A DNA stretch of 26,166 nucleotides from Macrostomum lignano (lineage: Eukaryota). Below the pieces are notes generated by a model. That model worked only from the letters and a program-made list of their open reading frames with translations, was not told where the DNA came from and ran no database searches. Location: positions 1-26,166 of the forward strand of contig NIVC01002922.1 in NCBI GenBank assembly GCA_002269645.1, read 5' to 3'. Positions within the stretch are counted from its first letter, which is position 1; each line of letters starts with the position of its first letter. The position numbers and the translations under genes were made by a program. Positions 20,388 to 26,166 of this stretch are shown piece by piece.

Positions 20388-21038
20388 TTAGCCGCTGCGC
20401 GAATCGCAGGACGCCAGCATTAGCTGATAGACAGTCTCCAATCGCTGGTCCAGCACCGCAGAGAATTCTTTCAACCAAAATGCAGAAGTTTCCGATTGCC
20501 TAGTTGCCAGACTGACCGTTGACATCATAGATGCGATATTACTGTTCACTCTGCCGCTGGCTACATCGCCCCCTGCGCCAACCGTCATTAGTAAACTACT
20601 ATTAGTAGCAGGCTGATTCTGACAATCGGATGTTAGAGTGATAGCTCGCAGCTGGTCTCGCAGGGTATCAGCCATAGACAGTGCGCATTCGTGCGCGGCT
20701 CCGATGATAGAATGCATCCACAGGGCGGCCTCGGTGGCAGACGAGGCGGTCAGATGATAAACGGTTGGAGCGTCCTGATAGGACAGGCAGAATGTGGCAG
20801 CCTGGTCCCGACTGTCCGACGGTTCAACCATGTGTCCGGCTAGCAGCAGGGCGCCAACCGGCTGATCATCCTGCGGCTTATCCAGGTAGTAGAGAAAGTT
20901 GCCGCACAGTTTGAAATAGTACCGCTTCTCGCTGCCGCCGCCGCTGGCTGTCACTCGCCGCATCCGTAGGTAGCCTTCGCGACTGCATCGACGGCGCTGA
21001 CAGAGCCGCTGCAGTGTTTTCTCATTTAGCACTCGCAT
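20388..21038 (-). CDS. PLEKHJ1: PH-domain protein, PLEKHJ1/Sesquipedalian-like, single coding exon, ~216 aa
   Basis: MRVLNEKTLQRL, FKLCGNFLYYL, QPVGALLL, TFCLSY..VYHL and W in the C-terminal PH helix (EAALWMHSI) match the recalled PLEKHJ1 pattern (MRYNEKELQAL, NFLFYF, EPVGALLL). Acceptor tttctcag| at 21058-21057 lies 18 nt upstream of ATG 21038. Confidence 0.72.
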   Translation of the reverse strand: MRVLNEKTLQRLCQRRRCSREGYLRMRRVTASGGGSEKRYYFKLCGNFLYYLDKPQDDQPVGALLLAGHMVEPSDSRDQAATFCLSYQDAPTVYHLTASSATEAALWMHSIIGAAHECALSMADTLRDQLRAITLTSDCQNQPATNSSLLMTVGAGGDVASGRVNSNIASMMSTVSLATRQSETSAFWLKEFSAVLDQRLETVYQLMLASCDSRSG

Positions 21039-21595
21039 GCCGATCGGCCTGACTGGCTGAGAAATAATTAGGGTCACTTGTGTTAGGTGGGCATTAAGCA
21101 ATAGAGCAATGTCGGTAGGAGCTGTCACTCCAGTGCAATATGCTATGGGGCAAGTGGAGCTAGGGTAGACGGGCTACAGACTGGGGGTCTACCGTAGCCC
21201 GCCAAGTTAATCAATTATAAGCCTTTAACAGCATGCATGTAGCCTATCAAAGATAGAGATTATATTAAATTAAATCGACATAATACCCGGAGCGCAACAA
21301 CGAAGTACGAGCGTAATGTACGCTTGCTGTGTCTTGACTAAGGTAAAAAACCAGTGTTTTTACTAATAGTAGAGTATTGAATACATTTTAAGCATTTTTC
21401 TTATATTTCTACAATTAGTAGAAAGTCTATGAGAGCTCATTATATAAATTTCATATGTGTAATATTTGGCTATTTTGCTATTTATACTGTATGTAAAGCG
21501 CCACAACGAGAATTTCGCGGCGATTTATCTGTTAGAAGGATTAGTCTCCTCTAGGCCTAGGCCTTCTCTAGGCACAATTTAGTCACGCGATACTA

Positions 21596-24500
21596 CTAGG
21601 AAGCCAAAGCACCGGCCCGGTCGGCCAGCCGGCGCTGCTCTGACTCGGCCAGCTCAGCGCAGCAAACGGCTCCGTAGCCGTCTCTAAAGTACACCCGACC
21701 AGGAAGCGAGTCCGGCTCGCAATAGAAACTGTGCGGACCGGCGCCAAGGCCAGGCAGGAAGCTGAGCAGCTGGCCGGACCAATTAAACAGGTACAGCACC
21801 TCCTGGCGGAGCGGCTGCTCATCCGATGCGGCGTCCGATTCGGCGTCGGCATTGCCGAACACCTGGGCTAGGGGAGCGGCGCACACTAGCAAGCCGACAT
21901 TCGGCACGCATCTGGCTTCGCGCGCCTGGCCGGGGACAGCGGCAGCGCAGACAACTCGAACTCGATGACCTGCCTCATCGTTAGCAGGCGTATCTAACAC
22001 GTATACGTTGCCTTGAACTGACAGGACGGTGCGGAATCCGCTGCCATTGGCTAATGGCTGCTCCTCCAGGGTGCGGTAGCAGCGAATCTCACTCTGGGCC
22101 TGCAGGGTCTGGCCAGCCTGCCAGTTCAGTGCGTGTACGTTTGGCACCTGGCCATGGCAAGGGTGGGGAATTTCTTATATAAGCTGTGCGATTACTAATT
22201 ACTTATTAATGAGCACATCGCACTGGAAAAAACAGCTCTATAGACCTCTAGTTAATCTCTATAGGCGACAAGCTAATCTCTATAGGCGACAAGCTAATCT
22301 CTATAGGCGACAAGCTAATCTCCATAGGCGAGAAGCTAATCTCCATAGGCGAGAAGCTAATCTCTATAGGCGATATGCTAATCTCTATAAGCGACAAGCT
22401 AATCTCCATAGGCGAGAAGCTAATCTCTATAGGCGACAAGCTAATCTCTATAGGCGACGAGCTAATTTCTATAGGCGACGAGCTAATTTCTATAGGCGAG
22501 AAGCTAATATTCATAGGTGACAAGCCAATCTCCATAGGCGACAAGCTAATAATCACACTTTGCAATAATCTAAATGTTTCTATAGGCGACGAGCTAATTT
22601 CTATAGGCGAGAAGCTAATATTCATAGGTGACAAGCCAATCTCCATAGGCGACAAGCTAATAATCACACTTTGCAATAATCTAAATGTTATATTCATTGT
22701 TAATCTGATTCTATCTTAAGGTAATTGCTACAAATAAAGACTACTCTAGCTCGAGGTCACTCAGCTCCAGACTACTCAAGCTAAACAAAACTAAGACAGC
22801 CGACGCCCACGCACCGAAGGCACTCGAAATCCATAGAGATCATCTCCAACAGCCTGGTTGCCGCACAGTTCAACAAAATTTCGACAGTCGTCAGCTATGG
22901 GCACGGCATCGAATGTGTCGGGATTCAGCAGAGCCAGCCGATCCGGCAAGAACACAGCCAGAAGGCGACCGCAGTCAGTCAGCCACTGGATGCCCAGAAT
23001 GATGCGAGAATAAGCTAGATTATTGCTAGTAGGAATTTCATCTTCTGAAGCCGCCGCTGCGTCCACTTTAGCGACGTCTGTCTTCGTGTCCTCGTCGCTG
23101 CCATCTTCGTGTCCACTCTCAGGCGACCAGGTGCAGCGAACCAGTCTGGTAATATCCGGCGTACGCAACAGATCCAAGCCTTCAACGGAGAACAATGCGT
23201 TGCCTACAATAGCGTGGCCAAACAGCGCCCAGCAGCCGATGCTCCAAGCCTCATCTAAAGCTTGGCGCCTAGACAAAATTTCAGCCTGCCGTTTTACAAC
23301 GGCATCCTCGCCAAGGTAGGGGCTGGAGAACAGGCGAAGGCCGTCAGAGCTGCAAGCTGTCACAAAGCAGCGCTGGGATTCGTGATGCCGAACGGCCAAA
23401 TCCGATTTAAGGAATCTGCGCCTGCCAGCTCTGGGCATGAACGATGTCGAAAGGGATATTGAAGCGCCAAAGAAATTACTGAGAGACTGATGCCATGAAG
23501 CGCTGCATAGTGTCGGATTCTCCGGTGTCATCAAAGCGACGTGCTCGCGCTCGGAGCTGGCAACGAACAGGCGCGGCCTGCACCCAGTTGAATCCTCATC
23601 TGTGCACCTGACGTACACGTGACAGGTGGCTAGGATTGAATCCACTTGAGAATTGATATACGCTTTAGACCGGTCACATGGACAGCTGTGATGGTAGTGC
23701 AGAATAAAGCCGCTCTGCACAGTGCTGACATCTAGCAGAACTGTCAGCTCCTGCTGCCCGCTGTACACGTAATCGTCCAGGCGCGGACGGCGACGGCCTC
23801 CGCCGGCTTGCCGACCTTTGGATCCTGGCGAACAGGTGGGAATTATAATCTAAATATCTAATTTATAACAATATAAAACTTGTAACAAGACTGAGAAAAA
23901 GACATGCATAGGCAAGATAGACATTCTGATACAGGTATGTGCACAAAGGTAAACCTGTGGTTGACAATTCGGCACCTGGCCATTGCAAGACAAAATTCAT
24001 ATAAACATATTGATAGAAATATAGACAGAAATATCTGTAGAGTAAGGCACACCTAGACAGACAGGTGGACAAATATAGTTAGACAGACAAAAGTTGACAG
24101 ACATAGGTGGACACAGACGTAGTCAGACACAGCGAGACAGACAAACAGCTAGATAGACACAACTAGACGGACACAGCTAGACAGACACAGCTGAACACTG
24201 AACAGACACACAGCTAGACAGGCACACAGTTAGACAGACACAGCTGAACACTGAACAGACACACAGCTAGACAGGCACACAGTTAGACAGACACACAGCT
24301 AGACAGACACACAGCTGGACAGACACACAACTGGACAGGCACACAGCTAGACAGACACACAGCTAGACAGACACAAAGCTGCATGGACAGGCACACAGCT
24401 AGACAGACACACAGCTGGACAGGCACACAGCTAGACAGGCACACAGCTAGACAGGCACACAGCTGGACAGGCACACAGCTAGACAGGCACACAGCTAGAC

Positions 24501-26166
24501 AGGCACACAGCTAGACAGGCACACAGCTAGACAGGCACACAGCTAGACAGGCACACAGCTGGACAGGCACACTTAGACAAGCATCCGATCCCATAGAAAG
24601 ACAAATTCTAGGCACAGACAGGCAAATTCAGAGACAGACATGCAGGCAGATAAGAGATTCAGACTAGCAATTCGTGTTCAAAATTGCTCATAAACACAAA
24701 CGAATTGCACTAACCTTCCTTATGCCGCTGCAGTGCAGCGTGATAATCTCTAATTTTAAGCACCAGCTCACTGGCAGTTAAAATAGCCTGCCGATGGTAC
24801 AGAGTGGACAAAGCTTTCTCGGCCGCATCCCACAGGTGCGGATTAGCTGAGAATAGTTCAGCCGCCTTCTTTGAGCTCTTAAACAGGCGAGGAGACCGTT
24901 TTCGAAGCAATTCAAGATTCTCTTTAAACAGGTGACGCCTAATCAGTTTAATAGGCGACTCGCGCCAGACCTCGCCGCTGTCGCTAACAGAGTAGAGCGT
25001 ATCGAGCCGGCAGCCGTGCTTTAATCTGGCATAGCCCGAATAGCAGTAGGTGAATTCGCGACCGCAGGGCGCCCGCAGCACCAGCTGCCTGGGCTCGTCC
25101 GATTCCAGACGTTTTGACTGAAAAATCGCATTGGATTATATATCTAGGTATTATGTAAGGTAATGCATTAATTGCAGTTTCTAGCCTATTCTAGCCTAGC
25201 CTATTGGTTGCATATCCCATAGAAATCAAAATCATGAGCCTGTCATACCATAACAACAACAATCATAGCCTGTCCAGTGCCATAGCAACCAAATCACAAG
25301 CCTGGCATATCTAATAGCAACCAGAATCACCAGCCTGTTATTTACCATAGCAACCAAAATCATGAGCCTGTCATATACCATAACAACAAGAATCATTAGC
25401 CCGTCCAGTTCCATAGCAACCAGAACCACCAGCCACTCATATCCGATAGAAACCAGAATCTCTAGCCTGTCCTGTGGCATAGCAACCAGAATCTCTAGCC
25501 TGTCCTGTGCCATAGCAACCAGAAGAAACAGCTAGTCCTGTCCCACAGCAACCAGAATCACCAGCTAGTCCTGTCCTAGGGTGACACTGTTCAGTCCAGC
25601 TCATTACCTTGCTGCAATCAGCGCCCACCGGTGGCTCCAACCAGCATGGCGAATCGCTGCTGCCGCCACCGCCGCCGCCGTAGCCCTTCAACAACAGTCG
25701 GCCAGTCAGGGGTTCCAGACGAATCCTGGGCACCCTGGGGGCCAGCAGTTGCACATCGCCAGTCAGGTAGCCTTCAGAGTCCAGACGCAGATTAAGCGAC
25801 TCGCTGCAATCGTCCCCAACCAGCCAGGCAAACTGCTGAGTCTCCTCTGATTCGCGAACAGCCGTAGGCAGCAGAGGAGCAGACAGACTGCGCCGCCAAG
25901 CCAATCGCATCGGAGACGGCAGGCGGCCGTGGAAGCTAATCTGGTCTAGCAGCGGCTGCCAGAGCTGAGCTGCCAGCTGGCTGACGTCGAGTCCAGGCTG
26001 CGGCTCGTTGAACTGATCATTCTCCTCTCGGCCAATCAGAGGCACCAGCGATCGCAGCAGCCATATGGCGTCGCGAGCGTAGTCGATGGCGGCCCGGCGC
26101 TCGCCTAGGACTGCGTGCAGCATCGACTGGTAGATGCTGGTGAGGTTGGTGAACTCGTGCAGCCTG
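21596..26166 (-). CDS. Uncharacterised multi-exon protein (5'-truncated by the window, >=~837 aa); helical N-terminal part, beta-strand-rich (propeller-like) C-terminal part
   Basis: Exons >26165-25608, 25117-24715, 23824-22815 (or 22824) and 22147-21596, with GT-AG and compatible phases (0,1,0). The frame stays open to the window edge. No family recognised. Confidence 0.75.
22247..22689. repeat. 21-bp minisatellite (CTATAGGCGACAAGCTAATCT) with a terminal 111-bp higher-order duplication
   Basis: Direct inspection; the unique flank aatcacactttgcaataatctaaatgtt occurs at 22551 and 22662. Confidence 0.92.
24048..24580. repeat. 16-bp minisatellite (GACAGGCACACAGCTA) grading into degenerate ACAG-rich sequence
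   Basis: Near-perfect units at ~24410-24570, degenerate towards 24048. Confidence 0.9.
25215..25575. repeat. Degenerate 33-bp tandem repeat with CCATAGCAACC core, ~10 copies, intronic
   Basis: atagcaacc recurs at ~33-bp multiples (about 25282, 25314, 25347, 25413, 25479, 25512), with variant cores in between. Confidence 0.85.

Noticed and set aside
20388-21128. Fusion of the PH ORF to the RhoGAP as one PH-RhoGAP gene; ORF-track start at 21128
   Set aside because: The PH ORF ends in its own stop with no strong donor seen, and the ARHGAP18 family lacks a PH domain. The 21128 start precedes an acceptor at 21057.
22209-25513. Repetitive ORFs at 22209-22719, 24283-24492 and 25232-25513
   Set aside because: Translations of intronic tandem repeats.

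Overview
Eukaryotic (animal) genomic DNA, not prokaryotic: GC-rich exons, GT-AG introns and a different minisatellite in almost every intron. This style suggests a free-living flatworm such as Macrostomum (inference only). Six genes are supportable. (1) A +strand gene with an intronless CDS for a secreted, probably GPI-anchored protein: phage/bacterial-type lysozyme-like domain + VWA + beta-sandwich, interrupted by two apparent 1-nt deletions. (2) A 4-exon STN1 (CST complex) on the minus strand that the ORF track only shows in fragments, with a hAT/Charlie-like MITE inserted at its stop codon. (3) A large +strand exon for an unrecognised, mostly disordered protein. (4-6) A co-oriented minus-strand run of an unrecognised multi-exon protein running off the window end, a PLEKHJ1/Sesquipedalian-type PH protein and an ARHGAP18/28 (Conundrum)-type RhoGAP. 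The RhoGAP has no in-frame genomic ATG at its conserved N-terminus, which could be explained by trans-splicing of an AUG-ending spliced leader. No rRNA, intact tRNA or CRISPR array was found. All homology calls come from recalled family motifs, not from searches.
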